64,000 bases of DNA from the IMG/VR virus record IMGVR_UViG_3300034152_000556, positions 44,709 through 108,708 of that record. One strand, written 5' to 3'. Below, piece by piece: positions 54,202 to 63,554 of the stretch. A program made the translations under genes and the position numbers. How positions within the stretch are numbered: position 1 is the stretch's first letter; each line of letters begins with the position of its first letter. This DNA comes from a virus. Under the pieces are notes generated by a model, which ran no database searches, was not told the origin of the DNA, and saw only the letters and a list, made by a program, of their open reading frames with translations.

Positions 54202-55836
54202 TTATGAATCTTGTGACAACCAAAGTAATATAATAAGAGCAAATACAATAATTATTGCAATCTTCCAAGATAGAGCCACCGTAGCAAACCAAGCCATGAA
54301 TGCATCAATCAACGCCTTTATACCGCTGGCTGCTACTGAAAGTGGTGAAGTCGTTAACATGATGCTAAGAACCATAAATACAATTGCGATATTTTGCCAT
54401 GCAATCTTTTTATCATTCATAGCTTCTTTCTTTAAATTAAAACCAGATGCTCTGACACCATTAACAAATTCTGTGACGTTGGCTTTAATATCATTCTTTT
54501 CACTTATAGCGGTGCCAAAAGCCATCAAACGAGATATTTTATCGGCGGAAGGTTCAGATAATCTTGTTGAATTAAAAATAACTCTTTTTGCAAACTTTCT
54601 ATCTCGTTCGTAGTTTTTCGCCATTCTTTTTGCAAACTTATCTAGCTTCTCAAGAGAAATTTTAGGAACCCCTTTGAGAGCTGCTTGAATGTCTGCATTT
54701 GATTTTGCTAATTTAAGTTTTTTTAGCTGTTTTGTTACCTTATGTTGTTTAGTTCGTTGAGCAACACCTTTTAATTGGTTTACATCAATCTCTTTTTCCT
54801 CTTTTTCTTCTTGAATGATTTTTTCCAACTCGTCGAATGTTACACTATATTTTTGTTTCAATTCTTTAACTGCCATTTCACCAAGAGAACTTGCACGAAC
54901 TTTTCTTCTGAAAAATGGATTTGCAGAGCGTCTTACATCTTCAAGGTCTTCATAAACTTTGAGTTGCTCTTTACCAACAGCTGCATATAAAAATGGATAT
55001 GGTACAGTTGTACATAAACCTCTAAATTCATTCATGCAAAAATTGACTTGTTTGTTTACATCATCAGCCACCACGAATGATCTCCAACCAAGCTTTTGAA
55101 GTTTCTGAACTTGTGCTGGTTCTGAAAATAGGTTTTCTTGTTCAATATCCATTTGATTGAAACACACAAACACATTATGTTTATATACGGTCGATGCAAA
55201 CAAGATATCTTTTTTCGGATCGCCGGTCAAAGCGCGATCTTTAATTTCTGGTAGTCTTAGAAAACGTGCAACTCGCCACAGAATACGAATTACAGTTCTT
55301 TGCATACTTGTCATTTTTGCATCAAGAAACTTTCTTGCTCTGTCATCTTTTATTAGCTGCACCACATTTTGTGTGGTTCTAATAGGAAATGGAATGACCT
55401 TGATACCAAGCAACTGAACACCACTCTTGGTTGTTTCGATCTTGACCCAAGTAGGTTCAAGAGAGAGTGTGTCTTGTCGTGGAAAATCAACTTTTACAGC
55501 TCCCGGTTTAAATTTTTCTGGTTTGGCTTGTTTTGGTGTTTCTGTTGGTGGTTGTTCTTGTGGTGGTATCACCTTTAATTGACCTTGAGTTGGGTCTGTT
55601 GGTACGACAACAGGCGGTGGCGCTTCAGAAACAATCGATTCAATTCTGAGAGATCGTTTCGGCCCCATCGTAAGCTGCCCTGTCATTTGTATAACCTTAC
55701 CTAGCTGTGAGTTTGCCGCACGAAGCACCTCGTCAGTACCATAAATCAAAACAAACTTCTCAAGGGCTTTGCAAATACCGGGAATAACATTTGGCGATAC
55801 TGTGCCAGCAGTTAACATAGGGTAAATTAAAATCAT
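54202..55836 (-). CDS. Hypothetical (probable virion) protein with C-terminal membrane helices
   Basis: Long ORF; Pro-rich linker; two C-terminal hydrophobic segments. Confidence 0.6.
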   Translation of the reverse strand: MILIYPMLTAGTVSPNVIPGICKALEKFVLIYGTDEVLRAANSQLGKVIQMTGQLTMGPKRSLRIESIVSEAPPPVVVPTDPTQGQLKVIPPQEQPPTETPKQAKPEKFKPGAVKVDFPRQDTLSLEPTWVKIETTKSGVQLLGIKVIPFPIRTTQNVVQLIKDDRARKFLDAKMTSMQRTVIRILWRVARFLRLPEIKDRALTGDPKKDILFASTVYKHNVFVCFNQMDIEQENLFSEPAQVQKLQKLGWRSFVVADDVNKQVNFCMNEFRGLCTTVPYPFLYAAVGKEQLKVYEDLEDVRRSANPFFRRKVRASSLGEMAVKELKQKYSVTFDELEKIIQEEKEEKEIDVNQLKGVAQRTKQHKVTKQLKKLKLAKSNADIQAALKGVPKISLEKLDKFAKRMAKNYERDRKFAKRVIFNSTRLSEPSADKISRLMAFGTAISEKNDIKANVTEFVNGVRASGFNLKKEAMNDKKIAWQNIAIVFMVLSIMLTTSPLSVAASGIKALIDAFMAWFATVALSWKIAIIIVFALIILLWLSQDS

Positions 55837-55848
55837 CTTTTCATCTCC

Positions 55849-56859
55849 TTATAAAAGAAAAACAGATTTCTTTTTCTCTTCAGGCTTTTTCTTAGGTTGT
55901 TCATCTTTTATATATGGTGGCTTTATTTTGTTGTATCCATCCTTTTCACAATATTTTTTGTAGAGACAAAACCGACAGTGTGTATCAGTCGCTCCAATTG
56001 GTTCTGGTGTTTTTTTGGATGATATTGAATCGAGAAGAATCAACGATCTTTCCAAAAACTGTATCGCTAATTCATCGTTAGGGGGGAGGTCAAAAGGATA
56101 AATTTTCTTTAGATCACGAAGAACATAAACAATCGTAATCTTGCTAATATTATAGTCATATTCTGTATTCAAAATATGAGCATAAATCACACATTGATAA
56201 TAATGCTCTTTGATGTATTTGCCTCGGTATTTTGGAGGGTCTAATGTCTTTAATTCATAAAGAATATCATCTTTAAGAGCATCGACTCTCCCCTTAACTT
56301 TATATTTTTCACTAACAATCGATTTCTCTGTATCGGTAAAATTATACAAATCTTGAAATATTTCGTGTATCAAATTACCAGTTTTTTGCATAAGATACAA
56401 ATAGGGAAACTGAAACAGATCGCTGGGGTTAATTTGATACCTCATGCGAACATAAAAGTTTTGCCGAATACAGTTATACAGCTCTGTGCATGAAATATAT
56501 GGCCTCTCATAGCTCTGAGTTTTCTTATAACCATCAATCAACTTAGCTCTCATGAGAGATTCAAATCTTTCAACACTAAATCCATCTGTCGATGGGCTGA
56601 CCTTTTTTGGTTCAACCTTTAAAAGATCAGAAAAAGCCTCGACACCAGACTCATCGAGCATTTTCTGAGTCTGCTTGGCAATGTCGTCTCTTTTTTTCTC
56701 TGGTTTTGGTTTTGGTTTAATAACCTTCTTTGGTTCTGGTTTTGGACTACTTTTAGGTTTTTGTGCTACGCGTTTTTTAGGTTTTCGCGCTGCACTGACC
56801 GCGTCTACGTCTTCAAATTGTTCAAGGTATGATAAGAGAGTTCTAAATTCATTTGTCAC
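55849..56859 (-). CDS. Cas4-like PD-(D/E)xK exonuclease
   Basis: C.R...GNLIHE, GRVDAL, YELKT, Q..IY, CRFCLYKKYC (Fe-S type Cys set). Confidence 0.8.
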   Translation of the reverse strand: MTNEFRTLLSYLEQFEDVDAVSAARKPKKRVAQKPKSSPKPEPKKVIKPKPKPEKKRDDIAKQTQKMLDESGVEAFSDLLKVEPKKVSPSTDGFSVERFESLMRAKLIDGYKKTQSYERPYISCTELYNCIRQNFYVRMRYQINPSDLFQFPYLYLMQKTGNLIHEIFQDLYNFTDTEKSIVSEKYKVKGRVDALKDDILYELKTLDPPKYRGKYIKEHYYQCVIYAHILNTEYDYNISKITIVYVLRDLKKIYPFDLPPNDELAIQFLERSLILLDSISSKKTPEPIGATDTHCRFCLYKKYCEKDGYNKIKPPYIKDEQPKKKPEEKKKSVFLL

Positions 56860-56861
56860 TA

Positions 56862-57596
56862 TTAGTAGCTTTTAATATCTTTTGCTGCTTGTGCATGTTT
56901 TGCTGATTTAGCAGCCAGCCTCTGTGATTTAGCCGTTTTTCCTTTGACTTTAGCGATATCTGATTTTTTCTTTGCTTTTTCGGCTATAGCTTTTTTCCAT
57001 TCGCTTTCCAATTTAATTTCGTTATCTTCTTCTAGCATTTCTTCATCATATGATTCCAAAATGATAGATGCACATTCTACCAAACTGTCTCGAAGAATCT
57101 TATATGAATCCTCAACAATTTGGCCAGTCCAATCGTTCAAAGGTTCTAGAGATTCCGCTTCTGTCAATGTTTTTGCTAGAAGTAGATTATCAACCGCTAG
57201 ACCAAAAGCCTTTTGACGTATTTTAGTTTCAACTAGTTTGGATAGATCGGCATCTTTATCTTCTTTCAAAGCCTCTTTTAAAGATTCTTTGATATTGGCT
57301 TTAGCCTTATTTGTTTGCACGATCTTTTGTGCATTTTCTCTAGCCACTCTAGCTGAAGTTTTTGCTCTTTTCATCAAAGCAGCGGTATCAACTTTTTCAG
57401 TCAGTTCGGCTGGTGAATGCTTGATAAGTTTCAGCATTTCAATGAAAACTGAAAGTGTAGCGCCCTTCACTGAAAGATATTCTTCCTTCAAAATTGGGCA
57501 GCAACTTTCAACTTTTGCCACTGGTTTTCCGAAGAAAACATAATCTAGTGCGTAAAAGTTTTCTAGAACTTTAATTTTTGACTCTTTTGTTAACAT
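56862..57596 (-). CDS. Hypothetical protein (possible head protein)
   Basis: Start set at MLTKES after GGAGG; several (L/I)xE sites. Confidence 0.6.
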   Translation of the reverse strand: MLTKESKIKVLENFYALDYVFFGKPVAKVESCCPILKEEYLSVKGATLSVFIEMLKLIKHSPAELTEKVDTAALMKRAKTSARVARENAQKIVQTNKAKANIKESLKEALKEDKDADLSKLVETKIRQKAFGLAVDNLLLAKTLTEAESLEPLNDWTGQIVEDSYKILRDSLVECASIILESYDEEMLEEDNEIKLESEWKKAIAEKAKKKSDIAKVKGKTAKSQRLAAKSAKHAQAAKDIKSY

Positions 57597-57597
57597 T

Positions 57598-57900
57598 TTA
57601 ATCATTCCTCCCGCTTTTATAGGTAAAGCTTGTTTTTTCGTCTTCAAGAACTTCGATCATAACGCGTCTTGAATCATCAGAAAAATTTGTATTTTTTATT
57701 GCTAAACAAAGGATTTTGAGGGCTTCGATTGTTCTTCCGCCCTTTCCAATTATTTTGCCACAATCACTCTGATCAACTTCAATTTGAATAATAACAGCTT
57801 TTGTAGAGACAGAAACGTTCACTTTAACATCTTTAGGTTTATCAACCACCTTTCTAGTTGTTTCAATAACGTAGTCTCTCAGCAATTCCGACATGCTCAT
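57598..57900 (-). CDS. khpA: KH-domain RNA-binding protein (KhpA/UPF0109 family)
   Basis: VDKPKDV.V...D.GKIIGKGGRTI.AL with GxxG loop. Confidence 0.8.
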   Translation of the reverse strand: MSMSELLRDYVIETTRKVVDKPKDVKVNVSVSTKAVIIQIEVDQSDCGKIIGKGGRTIEALKILCLAIKNTNFSDDSRRVMIEVLEDEKTSFTYKSGRND

Positions 57901-57966
57901 GTTTCGTTCTCCTTATTCGTATTTTCTGACTTTATTTTTTGTTCTCAGAATAAATCTCACTTGGAC

Positions 57967-59118
57967 CTAAGATTCATCAATCTCAGGTGTGTATTTGTCA
58001 ATAAAATCGGTTTTTAATGCTTCGTCAACAGTCGCATCAAAAGCCTTTTTAAAGTCTTTGTCTGTTTTATATAGATTTTCAGCATCTTTGGTTCTGAACT
58101 TTTTATCTGGGTATGAAACCAGATAGTTCCAAGCCGCTGCGTTCAAGCGTTTTGTGTCTACTAGCAATTTATAACTTGTCCAAAAATCTGAAAATCCGCT
58201 TGTAAAGGAACCCATGAGTGTAACTGTAATGTTTGGTACGAACGCTTTGTTCTTGACACAATGAACCGCTACCTCGACTCCATCAAATCCATACTTATCC
58301 GCTTCAATAAGTTTACCAACTTTCATTTCAAGCAAATGAAAAGCATTGAATTTCACAATGTTTCCACCCGGAACCTTTTTATTCTGACTCATAAATTTGA
58401 ATTCTTTTGGTTGTGGTATGTTTCCGATCTGAACATTGTCACGAAGCTGATTCACAGCAATCCAACAAATCTTGCTAGAGGTGCATTTCTTGACATATTT
58501 CGGTACTAAAAGAGACAGCAATCTAGCTTTATAACCAATAACGCTGTTTGGGTCTTCTGCTTCAATCTCTTTTTGTGTCAAAGTATTGGCAATACTATCC
58601 CAAATTACAACAGAAGGGTCTTTGATTCCTTTCTCCTCTTTGAATAAAGACAGCCCTTCTAAGAATTTAAACACTTTTTCAACAGTTATATCGCCATACG
58701 GTCTTAATCTTGGGTTTAAAACACCCAATTGTGCCAATCTGAATTCTGAAGTTGCTTCTTCAGAATCTAGAACACCACCTAAAAGTTTTCCTTGATAATG
58801 CCTCTGTGCGCTACCAAGAGTTTGAAAAGCTAACATGCTTTTACCACATCCCGGCTGCCCAACAATCATAGACAGAGCACCAACTGGAAATCCACCACCC
58901 AGAACTGTATCGAGCACTCGAATGCTCGTGGGTATCATCTCTCTATCGCCGGTATCTGGTACAATGTCAGCTCGTTTTTTCAAATAGGTGTTGAACTCTT
59001 GAAATAAATTATCAGCCTCTTCAGAGAGTTCAACTTTTGTATCGTTCAACTTCACACTTTCTTCCATTTCCTTGGTGTCAAATTCCTCCGTCTGCAACTC
59101 TTCGACGTTTTTCGCCAT
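57967..59118 (-). CDS. recA: RecA/UvsX-like recombinase
   Basis: PTSI..LD..LGGGFP.G, GQPGCGKS, DSE, IWDSIA, NQLR, PGG, KNK. Confidence 0.85.
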   Translation of the reverse strand: MAKNVEELQTEEFDTKEMEESVKLNDTKVELSEEADNLFQEFNTYLKKRADIVPDTGDREMIPTSIRVLDTVLGGGFPVGALSMIVGQPGCGKSMLAFQTLGSAQRHYQGKLLGGVLDSEEATSEFRLAQLGVLNPRLRPYGDITVEKVFKFLEGLSLFKEEKGIKDPSVVIWDSIANTLTQKEIEAEDPNSVIGYKARLLSLLVPKYVKKCTSSKICWIAVNQLRDNVQIGNIPQPKEFKFMSQNKKVPGGNIVKFNAFHLLEMKVGKLIEADKYGFDGVEVAVHCVKNKAFVPNITVTLMGSFTSGFSDFWTSYKLLVDTKRLNAAAWNYLVSYPDKKFRTKDAENLYKTDKDFKKAFDATVDEALKTDFIDKYTPEIDES

Positions 59119-59559
59119 TTATTCGTCTCCTTCTGTTCCGGTTGGCATTTCAATACCCAACTCTTCAATTTCGACTTGTTTTGTTGCATATTCAGAATCT
59201 TCAATTAGCTTCTTGCGTTTCTGAGATAGTTGAAAGACTTTGTCAGCAAACTTGCTAACGTCAAGCATATCTTCGACACTAACTTCTTTCTCATCGAATC
59301 TAACTTTTCGTCTTAGCTCAATCTCGTCTTTGATGCTTTTTGTTATCTCTTTTCGCATGTCAAGCATAGATGAGTAAAAAGAGGTAATTGTCTTAATTCT
59401 TTCCTCAAAAAGCATTTTATAACGGTGATCAAGCTTTTCTGGTAGAATTTTATCAATTGTTTCTCTAATTTTCTCCAAATCTGCAATCATTGCTTTTATT
59501 GCATCACGATGTTGCGCAAACTCTGCAAGCAGATTTTCGAATTTTTCATCGTTTGTCAT
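59119..59559 (-). CDS. Coiled-coil hypothetical protein
   Basis: RBS-preceded ORF. Confidence 0.6.
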   Translation of the reverse strand: MTNDEKFENLLAEFAQHRDAIKAMIADLEKIRETIDKILPEKLDHRYKMLFEERIKTITSFYSSMLDMRKEITKSIKDEIELRRKVRFDEKEVSVEDMLDVSKFADKVFQLSQKRKKLIEDSEYATKQVEIEELGIEMPTGTEGDE

Positions 59560-59568
59560 ATAAACTCC

Positions 59569-59763
59569 TTAACCATGAAGAATTTGCATCTTACCGGTCT
59601 GGTCATGTGGATTTCGATAAGCATCCTCACGAATGTTACCATTTTCATCCACAAAGCTACAGGTAAAAACCGTGTCTCTATCTGATCTTACACCCCAACA
59701 ATCGGGTGCATGAGGGCACCTTTCTTTTAAATGACACACCTGTTTAGCTTCTAATCGTAACAT
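59569..59763 (-). CDS. Small Cys-containing hypothetical protein
   Basis: C...CP...C.G...F.C. Confidence 0.5.
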   Translation of the reverse strand: MLRLEAKQVCHLKERCPHAPDCWGVRSDRDTVFTCSFVDENGNIREDAYRNPHDQTGKMQILHG

Positions 59764-59765
59764 AC

Positions 59766-60143
59766 TTAGTCCTCCGCAATCATATCGGGCGGCACTCGAA
59801 CTGATAGTTTTACAAGTTCATACGATATAATCTTGTTTTTAATTTGTTCCCAAGTTTCTCTGGTGAATGCGCCATCTGGTAGGTCATTTCCTCTATGCCA
59901 GCTTTCACCAGCTCTCGGTTTTCTGGCTTCAACCTGACAGCCAAGATAATCTGTACCATCACTACGCTCGATTGCAGTTAAATAATACTTGTGGTCTTTG
60001 GTATAGAATGCAATCTTACGATAGTGTTCAGATGGTTTGTCTGGTTCACCCTGACCACCTTCGCCAATTAATTCAATAAAATCTTCTGCATCTGCTGGAT
60101 ACACCAATTCCTCCAACCATTCATCTAGCAAGTCTAATTTCAT
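59766..60143 (-). CDS. Hypothetical phage protein
   Basis: YLGC...RKPRAGE.W.RGNDL.DG pattern. Confidence 0.6.
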   Translation of the reverse strand: MKLDLLDEWLEELVYPADAEDFIELIGEGGQGEPDKPSEHYRKIAFYTKDHKYYLTAIERSDGTDYLGCQVEARKPRAGESWHRGNDLPDGAFTRETWEQIKNKIISYELVKLSVRVPPDMIAED

Positions 60144-60152
60144 AGTACCTCC

Positions 60153-61976
60153 TTAAAGTTCACATGCTCCTGTTGCGCATATCACATCACCTTCGTGAAG
60201 CTCTGATTCAATCTTATCTTTTTTGTTTTTCAGATATTTACGCACTTCATCATCTGATGCGCGATTAAGTATCTGACCTTCTCGTGAGCCATCCACATAG
60301 ACAGTCACACCTTTTAGATCATGAATGTATTCAAGCAATAGATCACCAAGTTGTTCTGGCGTTGTGTCTTTTGGCATATTCACTGTTTTGCTCACAGAGC
60401 CATCACAGAATTTTTGACATGCTGCTTGTATTTCAAAATGATCTTTTGGTTCAAGATCAAATGAATCAACAAACCATTCTGGTACATCTTCTCTGTTTGT
60501 AACCAACTCTTCATATTTTGGATGTACGTAGAGTCTTTCGCTTACTCGGTCACTTCTGACCATAGCTTTTGCAAACAGAGGTTCAATACCGCTCATATAT
60601 GGTGTAAGCAACGAAATTGTTCCAGTTGGTGCCAGTGCCATTAGAGTACAATTTCGAATACCATGCTTTTTAATTGAACGTCTTAGAGTTGCGGGGAGCT
60701 TTCTTACAAAAGAAGCTTTGCTAAATGGAATGGGGTCGTACATTGGAAAAGCACCTTTTTCAATAGCCAACTCAACAGATGCTTCATATGCATAATCACG
60801 AATGGCTCTAATAACTCTCTCGGTTTCAGCAACAGCTTTATCTGAGCCATATCGTGCTTTCTTTGCAAATAGATATTCAGCAAGACCAATAACACCAATG
60901 CCTATACGTCTTGAGTTATGAGCTTTAATATCAATTTCTTTCAAAATATATTTGTTAACTTCAATCACATTATCAAGAAAACGAACTGCTGCATGAACAA
61001 TTTGTCTCAGTCGTTTCCAGTTTGTGTTCGTACCGCCCTCTGGTATAAAGTTTGGTAGAACAATAGAACCAAGATCACACGCACCGTAAGGCCCAAGGGT
61101 CGTTTCACCACAGGGGTTTGTACCAAGAACAGGTTCAAAATAATATGAATTGTTCTTAATAAAGTTTGTCCAGTTGATCAATCCCGGTTCTGCACACTCA
61201 ATCATATTAACGATGATCTTTTGCCACACTTCTCTTGCTTTGACAGTATCATATTTTTTCTGTTTAAAATTGAATGTCCAATCTCCGTCTGATTCAACAA
61301 CATCAAGAAAAATATCATTAACCGAAACAGAAATGTTGAATTGTGACAGTTCGCTTTTTAGCTTTTGTTTCAATAGTTCAACTAGGTCTGGTGCTTCTTT
61401 GAAAATTTCAGGTTTCAAATATTGTAATAATTCATCGTAGATTTTTGTTGTTTTCGCATCGATAAATTTAAACAACTCAGGGTGGCTTACATCAATATGA
61501 CCAATAGCAGCTGCGCGTCTTGCACCACCACTTTGAATAGTGTTGCCAGTAGCGTTAAAAGCTTTCATAAAGCTTACAAGGCCAGATGATGCACCACCTT
61601 TACCAAGAATGGCATCACCTTCTGGTCGTAGAGGTGAAAAGTTGATACCAACACCACCTCCCTCACTCCACAAGATTAAGGAATGTTTCAGACATTCACC
61701 GATTTCGTCAATGGAGTCACCAATAGGTAAATGGTAACAATTAAATAATGAACCTCTAGGTCTACCAGAATTTCGAAGAATTCGGCCTCCTGGTAAAAAA
61801 TCTTGTTTATAAATCATCTCGAAAAATATATCTCTATAAGTATCTCGACTTTTCAATTCACAACTCGAAACTACATCAGCAACACGCCTACAACAAGCTT
61901 CCCAATCTTCTCCTTTATCAAAGTATCTCTTCTGTGCGATAACTAACGAATTATCGCTTAAATCAATTTTTTTCAT
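60153..61976 (-). CDS. nrdJ: Class II (adenosylcobalamin-dependent) ribonucleotide reductase
   Basis: FLPGGRIL, LFNC, GGGVG, TNPCGE, CDLGS, RRIGIG, APTGTIS, SKTVN, C-terminal C..G.C. Confidence 0.88.
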   Translation of the reverse strand: MKKIDLSDNSLVIAQKRYFDKGEDWEACCRRVADVVSSCELKSRDTYRDIFFEMIYKQDFLPGGRILRNSGRPRGSLFNCYHLPIGDSIDEIGECLKHSLILWSEGGGVGINFSPLRPEGDAILGKGGASSGLVSFMKAFNATGNTIQSGGARRAAAIGHIDVSHPELFKFIDAKTTKIYDELLQYLKPEIFKEAPDLVELLKQKLKSELSQFNISVSVNDIFLDVVESDGDWTFNFKQKKYDTVKAREVWQKIIVNMIECAEPGLINWTNFIKNNSYYFEPVLGTNPCGETTLGPYGACDLGSIVLPNFIPEGGTNTNWKRLRQIVHAAVRFLDNVIEVNKYILKEIDIKAHNSRRIGIGVIGLAEYLFAKKARYGSDKAVAETERVIRAIRDYAYEASVELAIEKGAFPMYDPIPFSKASFVRKLPATLRRSIKKHGIRNCTLMALAPTGTISLLTPYMSGIEPLFAKAMVRSDRVSERLYVHPKYEELVTNREDVPEWFVDSFDLEPKDHFEIQAACQKFCDGSVSKTVNMPKDTTPEQLGDLLLEYIHDLKGVTVYVDGSREGQILNRASDDEVRKYLKNKKDKIESELHEGDVICATGACEL

Positions 61977-61988
61977 ATTTTTTGCTCC

Positions 61989-62879
61989 TTAATAATCGGA
62001 TGTAATGGTGAGATGAAATGGATTGTTGCATTCTTTACGTCTTAACCAGAACCAACCATCGACCTCTGCAACGTTCCATTCTGTGAGGTCACATAGCTCT
62101 TTACAAGCTAGTATTGTAGCAGATCGAATTTCACATTCTTTGACAGAATGTTTTGGGATCAATATATTGTTCTCAATTTCATATGACAACTCATCGTTGT
62201 ATTCTAATAGATCAAAGAAATGCATGAGTTTAGGAACCTGATAATCAGCTGGTACATGCATAAGCCTTAGAGATTTTTCAAACCACCCAAATCTTCGATA
62301 AAGCATCAAGAAAAACAAAGACGCTCTTTTTAGAAATATATCAGATGCATAACCGGGAAAATTTAAAATTAGTAGTCTTAAAAGGTAGTTGAGGTGTTCT
62401 GGACTGTCATGATCTGAGTTTCTAGTTTGCGCTTCAACCATCTTAGCAAATTCAAAACCAATATGAACAACCTCTTTTAGATGCTTCTGTCGTTCTTCAA
62501 GTAGGGGGAATCTATCTTCAGCTAAATCCATGACAATTGTATTGACAACTCTATCGAGATGTGTAATATCATCCTCTAGAAATCCTCGCCCATCTTTTAT
62601 ATTCTGCTCAACGATCTCGTACATTCTACCAGAAGATGATCCGTTTGGTCTAATATCATGACGACCATACCAATAGCAATAGTTGATAGACCCAGCTAGA
62701 AGTTGTGTAAGAATTTCAAGAATTTTTGATGGGGGCGGTTTTGGTGGGGCAAATTTTCTTGGTACGGTTTGCTTCATAGTTTCAGCAAATTTTTTAATTT
62801 TATCATGATTGATTTTCACATATTGAGCATCTTGCATAAAAGATTCTGCAAGATCAAATACACCTTGAGAAATTTTCAT
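61989..62879 (-). CDS. Queuosine salvage family protein (QNG1/DUF2419-like nucleotide N-glycosylase)
   Basis: INYCYW, FLKRA.L, ADYQVPK, E.EIRSATI.AC, D.W.W, FHLT...Y. Confidence 0.75.
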   Translation of the reverse strand: MKISQGVFDLAESFMQDAQYVKINHDKIKKFAETMKQTVPRKFAPPKPPPSKILEILTQLLAGSINYCYWYGRHDIRPNGSSSGRMYEIVEQNIKDGRGFLEDDITHLDRVVNTIVMDLAEDRFPLLEERQKHLKEVVHIGFEFAKMVEAQTRNSDHDSPEHLNYLLRLLILNFPGYASDIFLKRASLFFLMLYRRFGWFEKSLRLMHVPADYQVPKLMHFFDLLEYNDELSYEIENNILIPKHSVKECEIRSATILACKELCDLTEWNVAEVDGWFWLRRKECNNPFHLTITSDY

Positions 62880-62948
62880 TCGTTGTTCTCCTTTCGAAGT
62901 ATTGCACGTTTGCTTTTTGTTCCCTCGTGCAAAATAATATTCCCTTAT

Positions 62949-63554
62949 TTATTCTTCTTCACTCTCGTTTGGTTTTGTTTTATTTACAACTTTATCAGGG
63001 TGGTTAGGCCAAGAATAAACAGCGTATAATTTTAAAGGTTCATTTCCTGTGTTGACAACATTGTGTTCTGCACCTTGGGGGATTATAAAAGCGATTCCAT
63101 CACTAACAGGAAATTTTCTACCGTTAATAATAGCTTCTCCCGTTCCTCCCTCGACTCTAATAAATTGGTCTCCTTCGTTATGAACTTCCACACCAATATC
63201 ATCTTCTATTGACATTAAAACCAGCTGATGATGATGACCTGTAAAAAGAACTTTACGAAAATTTTTATTAGCAAGAGTTTCCTTTTCTATATTTATATCA
63301 AAACCTTTTTCTGAATAAGACTTTGGTTCTATATTTTCTGTTTGTAATTTTTTCCCTGCAATCGCACTGCTCAAAAGCATGTAGATGTGTCTTTCAAGCT
63401 CGTGTTCGTCTACACCCAGTTTTTTAGCAAACGCGTGAACCGCTTCATCTGTTGGATTTGGATTTGCTTTAAAAAACTTAATAATTTCAGCATGAAGATC
63501 ATTCATACCTTTGTTTTCTTGAATGCTTTTAAGATAATTGGTTATTCTTCTCAT
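62949..63554 (-). CDS. Cupin-domain protein with N-terminal extension
   Basis: N.NFRKVL.TG...QLVLMS, EVH..GDQF.RVE.G, IPQGA.HNV.NTG..PLKLY. Confidence 0.8.
   Translation of the reverse strand: MRRITNYLKSIQENKGMNDLHAEIIKFFKANPNPTDEAVHAFAKKLGVDEHELERHIYMLLSSAIAGKKLQTENIEPKSYSEKGFDINIEKETLANKNFRKVLFTGHHHQLVLMSIEDDIGVEVHNEGDQFIRVEGGTGEAIINGRKFPVSDGIAFIIPQGAEHNVVNTGNEPLKLYAVYSWPNHPDKVVNKTKPNESEEE

Noticed and set aside
55849-56859. Cas4 as evidence of a CRISPR-Cas system
   Set aside because: Solo Cas4-like nucleases are common in phages; no cas1, cas2 or array nearby.
73-61976. Introns or inteins in RNAP, topoisomerase, RecA or RNR genes; stop-codon reassignment
   Set aside because: ORFs are continuous and of compact length with no intein or homing-endonuclease motifs seen; genes tile tightly under the standard code.
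44670-62930. GAACAAA-type motif in three intergenic regions (near 44685, 57940, 62920) as an AR9-like late promoter
   Set aside because: Short, A-rich and inconsistently spaced to any downstream TA; cannot be separated from chance without a genome-wide scan.
177-63029. All plus-strand ORFs and short alternative-frame minus-strand ORFs (e.g. 5888-6451, 4655-5011, 27905-28132)
   Set aside because: They lie antisense to or inside well-supported genes, are short and show no motifs; treated as shadow ORFs.
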